This document shows, in pieces, positions 51,340 through 64,000 of a stretch of DNA of 64,000 nt (the stretch's first letter is position 1; each line of letters opens with the position of its first letter). The notes below the pieces were generated by a model that did no database searches, was not told the origin of the DNA, and was given only the letters and a program-made list of their open reading frames with translations. The position numbers and the translations under genes were made by a program. This DNA comes from Lama guanicoe (Eukaryota). The stretch covers positions 4,752,214 to 4,816,213 of the forward strand of contig MU054323.1 of assembly GCA_013239625.1 (NCBI GenBank). The letters are read 5' to 3'.

Positions 51340-51790
51340 AGCAAATAGAATAACCCTTCCTCCATAATTCACCAATAATTTCTCAACACACTTAAAATAA
51401 AATTCAGTGTGATTATCATGTCCAACTTGGATCCACACAATCCAACTCCAGCTCCCAGGTGTCTTTCAAACCTCACCGTCGATGACTGTGATCCATTCTC
51501 ATGGCCCTTCAGTCATCCAAGCCCTTGCTTTTCCTAGGAAAGGCTAGCCCACTCCCACTTCAAATTCTTACACACGATGTTTCCTCTCTCTGGAATGGCA
51601 TTTCCCAAGAAATTCACATGCATTTACCTTCAGTTCGAGTTTCACCTCTTCATCCTGCTATTTTTTCTCTGCTAAAATATGAGCTCTGTGAGGACAGGAG
51701 TTTCATCTTGCTTGCTGCTGTAACCTTATAATCTAAAACAGTGCCTTGCACATAGAAGGCACTCAATGTGTTTCTTGGATAAACTTTTTA
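51340..51790 (+). mobile_element. L2 3' end
   Basis: 'tatgagctctgtgaggacaggag...ctaaaacagtgccttgcacatagaaggcactcaat'. Confidence 0.75.
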
Positions 51791-52747
51791 AAGAATAAAT
51801 ACATTCAGACAAATCAATAATAAAATAGATAAAATTTTAAAAGAGGTAATTAATACATAACGTATACATACAATAAGTATGAAGAGGTGTTCCTATTTTC
51901 ATTAAAATTATCATAGAAATAAAATTTTAAAGAAATACATTCCATAGCAAATCTGTAAGTTTGGCAAAAGATTCAAAAATAAATATACAGGCAATGATGA
52001 TGGTAAAGAAGAAGTCTTACGCACAGGTGCTAGTGATGTTTCACGTATAAAACATTTTTTAAAAATAGAAAGGAAAAGTAAAATCAAATATACCCAGCAT
52101 GCCTATCAATGGAGCACTCTAAGAAAATGCCAGAACTAACAAATTGACTAACAAAAGGCAAGAACATTCAGAGCATAAGCATTTAAAAATGTTTTTGAAT
52201 GTAGTACATGGGATAATTGATTTATTAAGTTTTATGGAGAATAAGTTTCTCCAAACTGTTATCTAGATCCATTAGAAAAATCATCCCCTCTTTGAGATAC
52301 TAACTAGAGAAAGATAATGTATCCTTCAAAATATTTTAATTGTAGTATAATTTCAGAATCTATCACAGAAAGCATAACAAATTAATATTTATTCTGAATT
52401 TTGCTGACAGCAAGAACCAGTTGTTTTTTCCTTGCCTGTGGCTTTCTGGCTCTGACTTCCAAGCTTTACAGCAAAATACTTATCTTTGTTTCTCCAGACT
52501 TGATGTGCGAACTAAGGCAAATAACTATAACTCTAGCCACTAAAACAAATATTATGACACTGCAACCATGGGGTTATTATTTGGATCTCTTAGAATATAA
52601 ATCTGATGGCTCATTTTACTTATTATCTCTTATTAGGGCTGGTAGATTGTCATAGCATATGACTTGAGTAAATAAATGAATCTCTTGAAGTCCAACTAGT
52701 GTAACAGGAAGTACATTATTTTTAGCACATGTAGTGTATGCACTTAC

Positions 52748-52890
52748 GTACATAAAGAATGCAGTTTGTAGAAATTGGTTAAAGGCTATAATACTGACGT
52801 CTACTACTCGACTGGCCAGAATGTTGACTGCTGAGCGATCAAAAGTTGGCTGTCTTGGGAAAGCACTGCTGCCTGGAAAGTGTGAGGCGA
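52748..52890 (-). CDS. Candidate internal coding exon of an unidentified gene (143 nt)
   Basis: Branch CTCTAAC (52911-52917), pyrimidine tract, ttccaag| acceptor; donor TAC|gtaagtg; one frame open: ASHFPGSSAFPRQPTFDRSAVNILASRVVDVSIIAFNQFLQTAFFMY; CpGs retained; protein not recognised. Confidence 0.35.
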
Positions 52891-53139
52891 CTTGGAAAGA
52901 GAAGACACCAGTTAGAGCCAAGGGTTAAAAGAAAAAAAAAGAAAGGATGTGGTGGAAATTTAAGGAAAAAATACAGAAACATCAGAAGGCACATCAACAT
53001 CTCCCATCCCAATCAAATGTGCTCTCGCGTGAAGAAAGCCCATTCCACTTCACTAGCGGACAAGGATACTCAGTGTAAGGGACATGGTAACACAACCGAG
53101 TCCCTCACCCCAGTTGCCATAGAGACATTTTCTGTTGAT

Positions 53140-56100
53140 AGTTTCAGAAATATAAAACATTTTAAAATGAACAAAAATGGAAAGTAACATCCTTACAAAG
53201 CTATTATAAGAAGAAAATAGAAAATGAAAGTTAAAACGTTTCAGCTAAAGAAAATATCCTTCCAAACAACAACAAAGCAGAACAAAATGAAATAAAACAG
53301 TAAAAACTTGTAGCAGTGCCCAAGAAGAATTAAGTAACTTAAAATAATCACTTGTAGATATAAAAGAGTCCTCTGAATCAGATGTTTTAAAATTAATTCA
53401 TTAATGAGAGGAGAAATGGAAAAAAAAAAAAACAAACCCAGGAAGATGTGAAATGAAAATTCTGCCCACTCAGGAAAAAAGAGGGAAAATCAATTCAGTA
53501 ATAAAGCATAAATTAAAAGGTGGCTAATGGAAAGTAGATTTGATGGGAAATATACAAAGGGGCATTGAAAAGTACCATGAAATGAGCTATGAAAATGAAA
53601 ATAAAATCATAAAACAAGTAAAATATATCAGATAAAAATGACAGGCATATGCATGTAACTGGATTTCTTGTAGAAGAAAAACAAAACAATGAAACATTAT
53701 TTAAAATTATAATCTAAGAAAACTCTGAAAAAGGAACTGACTCTAGACAGTAAAAGGGCCCACTACTGAAAAAAAAAAATGACATTCAACCCCAAGATAT
53801 AACCTAGTAAAAATTTTGGACTCTAAAGATAGGAGAAAAAAGCAGTTATTTGAGCCTCCAGGCAAAAGACCAAATGACTTATAAAGAAAAGAAAATCAAG
53901 TTGACATCAAATTTCTAGAGAGCAGCATACAGAATAAGAAGAGAATGAAGCAACATCAAAAACAATTTAAAAACAAACAAAACTTTAAGAACATAAAGTG
54001 CTAACGTAGGATTTTCAAACCAGCTGAGCTGTCAACAAAATATCAAAGCAATAGAAATGCAAGACTCAGATATGTCTGAACTCACAAGCCTTTCCCAGGG
54101 ATCTATTAGATGATGAACCTTATTCAATCAAGAGCTGACTCTGAGCCACAGGCTAAAGCCCTGACAGTAAGCAAAGAAACAGGTTTAATTGCAGATGTAA
54201 GATTAAAATAAAAAATGGGAAGAAGAATGGATGAAAAGTAAAGAAAGTTATACATTCTCACACAGTAGAAGAAATAAGCTGATTTTTTTCAGTGGGAGGA
54301 GAATTGAACAAGAAAGGAGAAAACAGAATAAGCTCACTGGTTACTGCTTAGGTAAGAGATGGAAACCAAATGATAAAAATTGAAGCTGACAAATCAAATC
54401 GGAAAAGCATAAATAAGGAAAAAGATCATTTTAACAAGATTATTTAAATAAAAGTAACCAGTATATAAACACACAAAATGTCGTACATATGCAGTTTGTT
54501 TTTTGTTTTTCTTTTTAAGAGAGAGAAATCAAGACAATGATGAGCATGCAAGACTGAGACGGAGAACAAGAGTGAAAGTGAGAACAAGGCGGAAAGACAG
54601 AGACAGAGACAGGGAGACTCCCCAGTAAATAAAATGAACACAGGAAAGTAGCATAGAAGAAAATGATGTAATTGAAACAAAATGCATCAGATATATCAAT
54701 GCACGTGAACATGCTTTATTTCGCTCCTAAAAGAAATTTTCAGATTGACTCATATAAAAAAACCAACTCTTAGCAGTATGCAAGATCTATAAAACAGTGT
54801 GATTCAGAAATGCTAAAAACAAAAAGAGAAGCACAGGTCAGGCAAACATAAAACAAGAAAAGGAAAGAAAAGAGAATCAGGCTGGAAGTATTAAATTAGA
54901 CCAAAGGAAACACCTTGGAATGCTAAAAGCCTACATATGCGATGCAGTTATCACTGTGAGGAGTAAGTCAACACCAAAGAACATACAGTGGAAATTACGA
55001 TTGTGCAAGGCACAACAGAGATCAAAGCAGAAGGAAATTTGAACGTCTACTCCCAACCCAAGTCAACTTTATTGAACGATAAATAAAAAAATGAAACCTA
55101 CAATTGTAATCAATATGGTCTGCTCTTACATATTAAAATACAGTGTTAATAATATGCCAGTCAGAGAGAATAAAAATTGACCATATATTGTGCCACTAAG
55201 AAAGCATCAATAAGTTACATCAAGTACGATGAATATAACCAACATTTCTAGTCTCAGTGCAATAGAATGAAAAATCAATAACAAAATAATTAAACCTCTC
55301 TACTATCTACGTATGTTAAAAATATCAACTATCTCATTGGTGAAAGTGGAAATAGAAACAATATATAGAATTTTAAAAATAATAATGATGCTGAAACCAG
55401 TATACATAGGATACGTATGTATTATATATAGGACAAAATCAAAACACTGATTTAAATCAACATGATAAAGTAACAAAAACAAAAAAAACAAAATTAAAAA
55501 GTACAAGTATAGAAAAAGCACATTAGACAAGAAGGAAGAAAAAACCTAAAATTTATGAGGTAGTAAATAAACATTAAAAAAAACAGTAAAGTTAATGAAT
55601 GATCAAAATATCAGTTAACAAAATAGATAAAACATGCATTTAGAATAGTGTGCAGTAGGTATGTCTGCTCATTGCTGTCACTATAACAAACAGACTTCGA
55701 TTTAAAAAAAAAGATATATTTTAAATATGCACAGACTAGGAGAGAAATGGGAAATGATAAACTAAATTTTACAGAGGAAGAAATTTGGCATTGTGAGCTG
55801 GTAGACACAAGGATCCTTTTTCTCCCTCTCTCCAGCCCTTGCCCAGGGTATATGTGGACACAAACAGAAAAATTATATCATCTTCAATAGATGCAGAAAA
55901 AGCATTTGGCAATAATTCTTATCAAATGAGGCATAAAAGGGAACTTAAAAAAATTTGTTGAAGAATATGTAAAAAATCCTAAGGCAAACATCACATGTAA
56001 CGTTAAAATATGGAAAAAATTATTTCTGAGATTGGGGATAATGCAAGAAATTCTATTTTCATTGCTTGTACCCAGCATTGAATTGGATACTCTAACTGGT

Positions 56101-57590
56101 GGGATAAAGAAACAAAAATAAACAAAACTAATAATGATTAAAGAAATATAACTAACATTATGTATCTGAAAGTACAAAAGAGTCTGCAATCAAAATTAAA
56201 TATTAAATTGAGAAAGATTACTGTATCAATATAAAAAAATCAATCACCTTTCCATATTTCAACCAAAAGCAAGTAGAAAATAAAATTAATGAAGAACACA
56301 AGGCATCAAAATCATGACAGTTCTTCCAATAGCACAAAAGCAGATCCAGATAAATGGAAGATGTGCAGAGTTCATGGGGATTTAACACTTTAAGTATGTC
56401 AGTTCTCCTGATTTTCATCTATAGATGTAATCCAATTCCAGTAACAATTACAGAGCTTTATTTTATTGAAAATTACTAAACTTCTTGGGAAAAAAAATAT
56501 GGCTAAGAACAGCCAAAGTATACTAAACAGTAAGAACAAATCTAGAGGTCTTAAACCACTGGACATCAATAAGAATTATAAAGCTATGGTAACCAAGGAA
56601 TTTTGATATTGGCACAAGTATAAACAAACTACACAAATCAACGGGAAGGAGTCCTGGTAAGTATCCACATACATAAAGGCTGGTGATTTACAAGAAAATC
56701 AGCACAGCAATGAGGAGGGAAATGGTGGTCTTTTGAATATATGATGCTAGTTCAAATGTATAGCCGTATGGGAAAACATAACATTTCTATTTGTTTTATT
56801 TTGCCACCTTAAACATACCAAAAATAAATTACATATAGTTGTAAAGCTAAAAGAAGCAAGCTTCTAGAATACCGAAAAGGCTACCTTATAAACATGAAGT
56901 AGATAAACATTTCTTCAACAGGGCATAAAAGGCACTGAACATTAAATAAAAAGCTAATTAATTATACTCCATTAAAAGTAAGAACTTCCATTTATCAAAA
57001 ATAGCACTAAAAGAGTGAAGGGGCAAGCCCCAGATTAGGAGAACATTTGTAATGCATGAATCATTCATACCTAGAACACTTTCAAACATTTTCATAAATC
57101 AAGAAGGAAAATAAAACAGATTAAAAGTGGGGATAAGACTTAAATATATACTTCATCAAAGACAAGATTCAAACAGTATAAAGTAATCAACACTACTAAT
57201 CAGGGAAATAGAGACGAAGCCCACAGTGAGGCACCCCTATCAGAGCAGTCAAACTGACAACTGCAGACACTGCCAAATGTTGGTGAGAACTGTGGAGCAA
57301 CTGGAATTTTAATACATTACTAGTGCGTGTGTAAATTTTTTCAACTATTTTGGAAAACTTGTCCTATCTGCTAAAGCTAAGTAGAACCTAATTGATGACT
57401 CCGCAGTACTCCTCCCAGGTATTGGCTAAACGTGTGTATGCCCACCAAAGCACAAACACAACAATGTCCCCGGCAGCTACTCAGAACAGCCCAAATCCAA
57501 AAACAAATGTTGGACAAATAAATTGTTGCATAACTCCGCTGTAGAAGACATTATAATAATTTGAAAAGATAACAAGGATAAACTAAAGAT
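53140..57590 (+). mobile_element. Old, heavily decayed L1 (ORF1/ORF2 remnants)
   Basis: A-rich; 'atcatcttcaatagatgcagaaaaagcatttggcaa', 'aaggcaaacatcacatgtaacg', 'ccaaatgttggtgagaactgtggagcaactggaa'. Confidence 0.75.
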
Positions 57591-57599
57591 ACATGCAGG

Positions 57600-60215
57600 A
57601 ACTTCCAATTTCATATGTAATGCAGTAACAGGCAATAGATTTCGTCTCTTACCTTAATCAACCAGGAAAGTAGGAAAGAAAAAAAAAAAAAGGCCCTGGA
57701 AAACAAGACTGTGTTTCCTCGGAGAAGGGAAACGAAAAAGACAACTTCTTTGACTGCTTGAGCTTAGTGCCCAGAAAAGGCTGTCAGGCCACAGTGTAAT
57801 TGGCGAAAACTCAGAAGAATCTAGAAGTCTTGTTGACTTGAGAATACAGAAATAAGACTTAGCCAAGTTGATTAGGCTGCAGTGTAAAATCCTGGAGAGG
57901 CAGGAGCTAAAAAGGAAGAGAGATTGGGTGAGCTGCAGAGGTATTCCCTTGAGTCTTTGACCGAATACCAATCTGTGGGTCATTAAGAGGAAACTGCATG
58001 AGAAGGGAAAGAACCACTAGAAAGCAGTCAACTGCACAATTTCTAGAGGTCACACAGGCCTAGGAATAGTTTTCAAACCAGTTGAAATGGAAAGCCAATG
58101 TAAGACACACAGCTTAGGGTTCTTAAAAGGTCATTGCCTCATTAGTGAGAGTAAATTGTCCCTAAGCTAAAAGCATCTCTGGATTTGCCATAACCAAGCC
58201 TAAAGAGAAGCCTCAAAAGGAGAAATATTATTCCAGGCAGTCTAGCTACATGTCAGGGTCAAGTTCATCACTAAAGAAATATTTAAAAAGCCACTGCCAG
58301 CAATGGAAAATGAATGATGTCTGGCATGCAATGGAAAATTACCAAGCATGTAATGCAGGAAAATATGAACTATAACACGGAAAAATCAATCATTAGAAAT
58401 GGGGAAAGAGAGGCTAGATAATTTGGAATTAAAATAACAATGTTTAAAAATTGGCTATTGTAAAATCCCCCATATATTCAGGAAGTTAGAGGAAAATACA
58501 AGTATGATGAGGAAAGAAATTTAAGATAAATTTTAAAAAAGGACAGAATACAAGTTCTAGAAATAAAAGATAGCATATCTGAAATACAAAATAATTAGAA
58601 ATATTTAATACAAGATTAAGGCACTGCAGAAAAAAAGGATAAGTGTATTTGATGACATAGAACTAAATGTTCCAAAATGAAGCAGAGAGAGAAAAAAGAC
58701 TGAATTGAAAAAAGCAGAGTAATGACTTATGGGACAGGATCAGTGTAGCATACATGTCATTGGATTGCAGAAAAAGAGAAATCAGGTGAAGGGAAAAAAT
58801 ATATGGGAAGAAATAGTGGCTGACATTTTTCATAATTGTATGTAAACTAAACCTATAGATCCAAGAATCTCAGTGAACACCAAGCAGAATAATTGCAACA
58901 ACAAAAGCAAACAAACAAAAACACTACACCAAGACACCATAATCAAATTTACAAATGCTAGTAGTAAACAGGAAATCAAAAGACCTGCCAGAGATAAGAG
59001 ATATATTATTTACAGAAGAAGAAACATACAAATGAAACCTGACTGCTTGCCATAACCCCTGAAAGCCATAAGGCAATGGAGAACAACTTCAAAGGATTGA
59101 GCAACAACAAAAAAGACAAACTAAATAATAATAATAATAGTAACAAACTGTCAACAATTATTGAAAGGGTCTAGAACCAGAATACATAAAGAACTCTCAA
59201 CATTTCACCAATAAAAAGACAGACAACCCAATCTGTAAATGTCCAAAGGATTTTAATAAACATTTCTTCAAAGAAGATGTGAATATTCCCTTGTCGCAAA
59301 GGTGGAGCATGGTTCCCACCAGTTACGTGTAGGCTACTCTTAGTGACTTGAGAAATGGTATATAATATATAGGAACTATTTGTACTATTCTTGCAACTTT
59401 TCTGTAAATATAAACCTATTGAAAAGTTTAGTCAATTTTTAAAAATATAATAGAATTATAAATAGTTTTCTAATAAAAGTATCAATTAGTTGAAATGGAC
59501 TAATTCCTTGGAATGCACAAACTACAAAAGCTCACTCAAGAAGAACCAAACTAAATAGAGGAATATCTGATAAATAAACTACATTTATGGTTTCAAACTT
59601 TCAAACAAAACAAAATTTTAGGTTCAGCTGGCTTCACTGGTGTACTCTACCAAATATTCAAGAAAAACATAATGTATTCTAAAAAAAAAATCCAAAAAAT
59701 AGAACAGGAGAAAATACTTCTCAACTAACTTTATGAGGTCAGCATTACTTTGATATCAAAATTACAAAAAGGCATTATTAAAAGAAGAGAAAACTGCAGA
59801 CCAATATCTATCATGAACATAGATGCAGGCACTCTTAACAAAATTTTAGCAAACAATGCAGCAAAATATATATAAAGAAGATCAAAACCAAGATGGATTC
59901 ATATCATGCATGCAAGGTTGGTTTAAAAAAATCAGTATGAATAATCCACAATATTAAGAGAAATAAAAGTATCATATAATATTAATACATATAGAAAAAG
60001 TGTTTGTAGATCTCAACACCCATTCAAAATACAACCTCTCAGTAACCAGGAGTAGAAGAGAACTTCCTCAACCTAGTAAAGAACCTACTTGTGGATATTT
60101 ATGGATAAAAAGTTACATTTGTCCTTTTACGATTAGGAGCAAGGCAAAGATGCCCTTTCCCATCACCTGCTGTGCAGTATTGACTGGGGTCCTAAACACC
60201 AGCAAGGCAAGAAGA
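57600..60215 (+). mobile_element. L1 5' UTR, ORF1 and ORF2 fragments, with a nested L1 3' piece at ~59160-59430
   Basis: ORF1-like 'cctatagatccaagaatctcagtgaacaccaagcag'; ORF2 'ctggcttcactggtgtactctaccaaatattc', 'ctgcagaccaatatctatcatgaacatagatgca'. Confidence 0.8.
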
Positions 60216-60690
60216 AGAGTAACTGCTCTAATACTTTCTCTTGTGTTTTCCCCTTCTCTTTCATCTCCAGAGAAGAAATAAGGAGAAAAGGTAGAGAGAG
60301 AAAGGGAGAGCGAGTGGGGGAGGGGGACGGAGGGAGGGAGGTTGGTTTTATCTATTCTCTGAAGCTTCAATGCCAGCTACCAACCTCCAGGCCTCAAAAT
60401 AGCACGTTTCAAGGTATTTTTTCAAATAAAGACATTTCCCTTTACTTGATTAATTACAACGCCAGTTAGAACAATACTTTTATGTTTCCCAGAGAATGGA
60501 AATATCTCTAGGAATCTAGGTTAATCTCTCCACAAGGCTGTGTAGACACAGGAGCAGCCCAGTTGATCATTATGAAGTTTGAGTTAACTATCATTTAGCA
60601 TTATTACGGGGAAAAAACACACAAAGCAGCCTGTGAAATACACCCCCTGTTGACCTTCATGCATACATTCTTCTCGGAAATTCACTTTTT

Positions 60691-60948
60691 CAGTGTTTTC
60701 TAACTGCTAATCATGACCCATTAATGGCTTGAGTCTGTGACATCATTTTTTAAAATGAAGCAGAAAGGAATATATCAGAAATGATCATTTCAGTGTGAGT
60801 ACCTCACATATAGAAATAGTACTGTTTTCTGAAAACTTTGGCTTGGTCATATATATGAGTATATGCATATTTACATATAGGAATTTTGTATTGCAACACT
60901 TATTTTTATTCCAATTGGTAATAGAAACGTTCAAACTAAACTACACTA
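60691..60948. mobile_element. Possible hAT-Charlie non-autonomous element
   Basis: Starts cagtgttttctaa; internal 'tcatgacccattaatgg', 'gtactgttttctgaaaacttt'; weak similarity only. Confidence 0.3.
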
Positions 60949-61597
60949 GGTGTTTGCTAATTATTTGAAAAGAATGTAAGATTTTCTTCTGTCAATAGGT
61001 AGCAAATGTGTGCTTTTATAAACAAACAGAATTTATATAATTGTTTTGATTTCCATTGTGAAAATATTTTGCCATGGACCTCATACTTTAATAGTGGAAG
61101 GTTTTCTTAAATGTGTATTTGTGTAGTTGTTTTTGTCTCCCAAACTGGAAAGCATGTGTATTGTGGATGCATATTATGTAATAAATACTGTAACACAGCT
61201 GCAATGCAACTTCATTTATTCTGAATAGACTAAACAAAGAATTTAATATGTTCTAAGAGCAGCCAGTTGTCACAAACACATGCACTAAAATCTATGTGTG
61301 TTATGTTTTGAAGAGCTTTAGGTTCAAATATATAAAGAAATGCGGCTGTTCCTATTATATAAACATGAATTTGGCTAAAGAGATTCCAAATATTTATCAG
61401 AATTTTTTTCAACTATTAAATGTTTATGGGAGGGGGTTGAAATGGGACAGAAGTTTTCAACACTCTGTATTATTTTAACTATAAAAGCCAATAAACAGCC
61501 GCCCATTTTTGAAAACAGAGAACTAAATATGTGTATTTCACTTGGACCTTGTGGCATTTCAGTGGAAATGCTAAGGATAGGTTTGTGGGTGTCTGTG

Positions 61598-62251
61598 GGG
61601 TAGAATATGTATAACATAAAATTTCCCATTTGAACCATTTAAATGTAAATGCCACTTAAGTGGCATTAATTATATTCACAATTTTGTGCAGCCATATCAT
61701 TATTCCCCAAACCACTCAAAATGGACACTCTAAACATTAATCAGTAACTCCCCATTCTTCCCTCTTCTCAGCCCTTTATGACCTGCAATCTACTTTCTGT
61801 CTCTGTAAATTTGCTCATTTTAGATAGTATTTGCAATAAGTGGAAGAATAAAATATTTGTCCTTTTATGTCTGGTTCATTTCACCTAGCATAGTGTTTTT
61901 AAGGCTCATTCATGTTGCAACATGTATCAGAACTTCATTTTTATGGCTGAATAATATTCTATTCTATTATATACTATATTTGTTAGTCCATTTATCTATA
62001 GATGGACACCTGGATTGTTTCCATTTTTTGGCTATTATGAATAATGTTTCTACAATCATTGGCATAAAAGTGTTTGTGTCCTTATAGTCAAATATTTGGG
62101 GGAAATCCCTAGATTTCCTGGGTTATATGTTAATTCTATGTTTATCTTTTAGAGGAACTTTGTTTTTCCACAGTGGATATATCAGTTTGCTTTCCTACCA
62201 ATAATGTATGAGAATTTCAATTTCTCCACATCCTCTTCAACATTTATTCAT

Positions 62252-62283
<32 letters not shown>

Positions 62284-62950
62284 ATTATCATTATTATTAT
62301 TATTTAGTGGATGTAAAGTGGTACCTCACTGTGGTTTTGATTTGCATTTCCCTAATGCTAATGACACTGAATATCTTTTTTTTTAATGTGTTTATTGGCC
62401 ATTTCTTTTTGGCCACCTTCTTTAGAGAAGTATCTATTCAAATACTCAAGTCCTTTGCCCATTTGTTAATTTTTTTTTTTTGCCATTTTGCTTTTCAGTT
62501 TTATCTGGATATTAAACCCTTATCAAATAAATGATTTATTTTCTCCCATTTTTTTATTTTGTTGTCTTCATTGTATCCACTGTCTTTACATTTTATTGAT
62601 AATGTTCTCTGATGCACAAACATTTAAAAATTTTTTGAAGATCTTGTTTCTTTTATTGCCTATGCTTTAGATGTCATGTTTAAGATTAAGAGACCATTGT
62701 CAAATCTAAGATCGTGAAGATTTATCCCTCTATGTCTTCTTCTATAAGTTTTATCATGAAACACTTAAAATTAGGTCTCTGATGCATTTTGAGTTACCTT
62801 TTCTATACGTTATAAGGTAAGGATCCAACTTGATTCTTTTGCATGTGAATATCCAGTTTTTCCAGCATTGTTTGTTGAAGAGACTATTCTTGTCCCGCTG
62901 AATGGTCTCCGCATCCTTATTGAAAATTAAGTGACCAATATGGGAGGGCT
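61598..62950 (-). mobile_element. L1 (L1MB-like) 3' end and ORF2
   Basis: 'acataaaatttcccatttgaaccatt', 'gatggacacctggattgtttccattttttggctattatgaataatg', 'gtggttttgatttgcatttccctaatg', 'ttgttgaagagact'. Confidence 0.9.
62250..62304. repeat. (ATT)n microsatellite inside the L1
   Basis: Seen directly. Confidence 0.85.
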
Positions 62951-64000
62951 AGTATTTATATTAAAAAAGACTAACCCAATCAGTTATGACATCTATTATA
63001 TCACATCTGAAAATCTGAGTGAAAAGCTGGAGGGGGAAATGCTAACCTAAGTATTCATCACTGGTAAAAGTCTAGGAGTAGAGAGCATTTAGAAGAAGGA
63101 CAATCAATTGCATAATAATTCAGTAAACCCACAAAATGAACGCCAGCAAGCCCCCCATCCTTTCCCTAAAATGTAAAGAATGCATTTTAAACAACCATCT
63201 GAAAGGAAACCAAGTCTACGTTATAAATGTGGCGATGGGTGGTAGAGACTGAAAAAGCATAATCAGACAGGCAGTGACAATGTCTTTAATAAATGAAAAA
63301 AAAAACTTTCACAGAGAAAGTAAGTTTTATTTCCATCTCTTTGTAAAACTTTCTCTTAGAAAACTTAGGGAAATGTCATTGCATAAAATATTGGTTTGAC
63401 AAATACAGTAGAATATGGGTCAGGCTGATAAATTATACTGGAAATGGCATAACTACAAAATGTTATGTCTTATATAGCTACATCAAATGACTATTGGTCG
63501 AAAATTAAGCCCCATGCACTTAAAACTAGATTCATTTCTTTCTGATTTTATTGAAAGGATTTACCATTAAAGTGGACACTGAGAGACCTTGATTTTTTTT
63601 ACATATCCTGCCACAATTTTCTTTGACACCTTGGAAAGTAATTTAAACTCAATAAAATGAAGATAATTGCACTTACCTCACAGAGATGTAGAGAGCGTTA
63701 ATGAGATCATGTCTACAAAGTGATTCAAAGTCTTTAGTTGGTAATATAAATAGCAAGCATAACTATATTTTTCCAGATGTCTAATAATGATAACTATAAA
63801 TATGATGAACTGAAAAGTTAAAAGGCTGCCAGTAAAAGTAAAATGTTTTCATTTTAATTGCTAGTCATTTAAATGTTCCCTCTTGCATGTTTGGATTATA
63901 GGAAATGCACAGAAATGTTAATTATGAGTTCCATTTTAATAAGGACATGTCCCCCAAGTTTAGATTCAAGAGTACTTAACTTCTAACCAAATAGGAAAAA

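Overview
Mammalian nuclear DNA, most likely camelid (inferred from a Vic-1-type tRNA-derived SINE and recent L1 3' tails of the camelid type). It is AT-rich, CpG-depleted intronic or intergenic sequence dominated by retrotransposon fossils: many L1 fragments of different ages, L2, MIR, MaLR/ERVL LTRs and hAT-Charlie MITEs. I cannot identify any named protein-coding gene; the ORF track looks like repeat-derived or chance ORFs. The best-supported observations are a decayed class I endogenous retrovirus pro-pol remnant (~42.8-44.3 kb, - strand) that the ORF track misses, an L1 with a twin-priming-type 5' inversion (40.0-42.7 kb), and several nested insertions with readable target-site duplications. 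More tentative are candidate spliced exons on both strands (best: a 143-nt - strand exon at 52.7-52.9 kb with one open frame) and repeat-free CpG- or motif-rich islands that may be regulatory. I see no convincing new biological system. Repeat family names come from recalled consensus similarity, and most boundaries are approximate.
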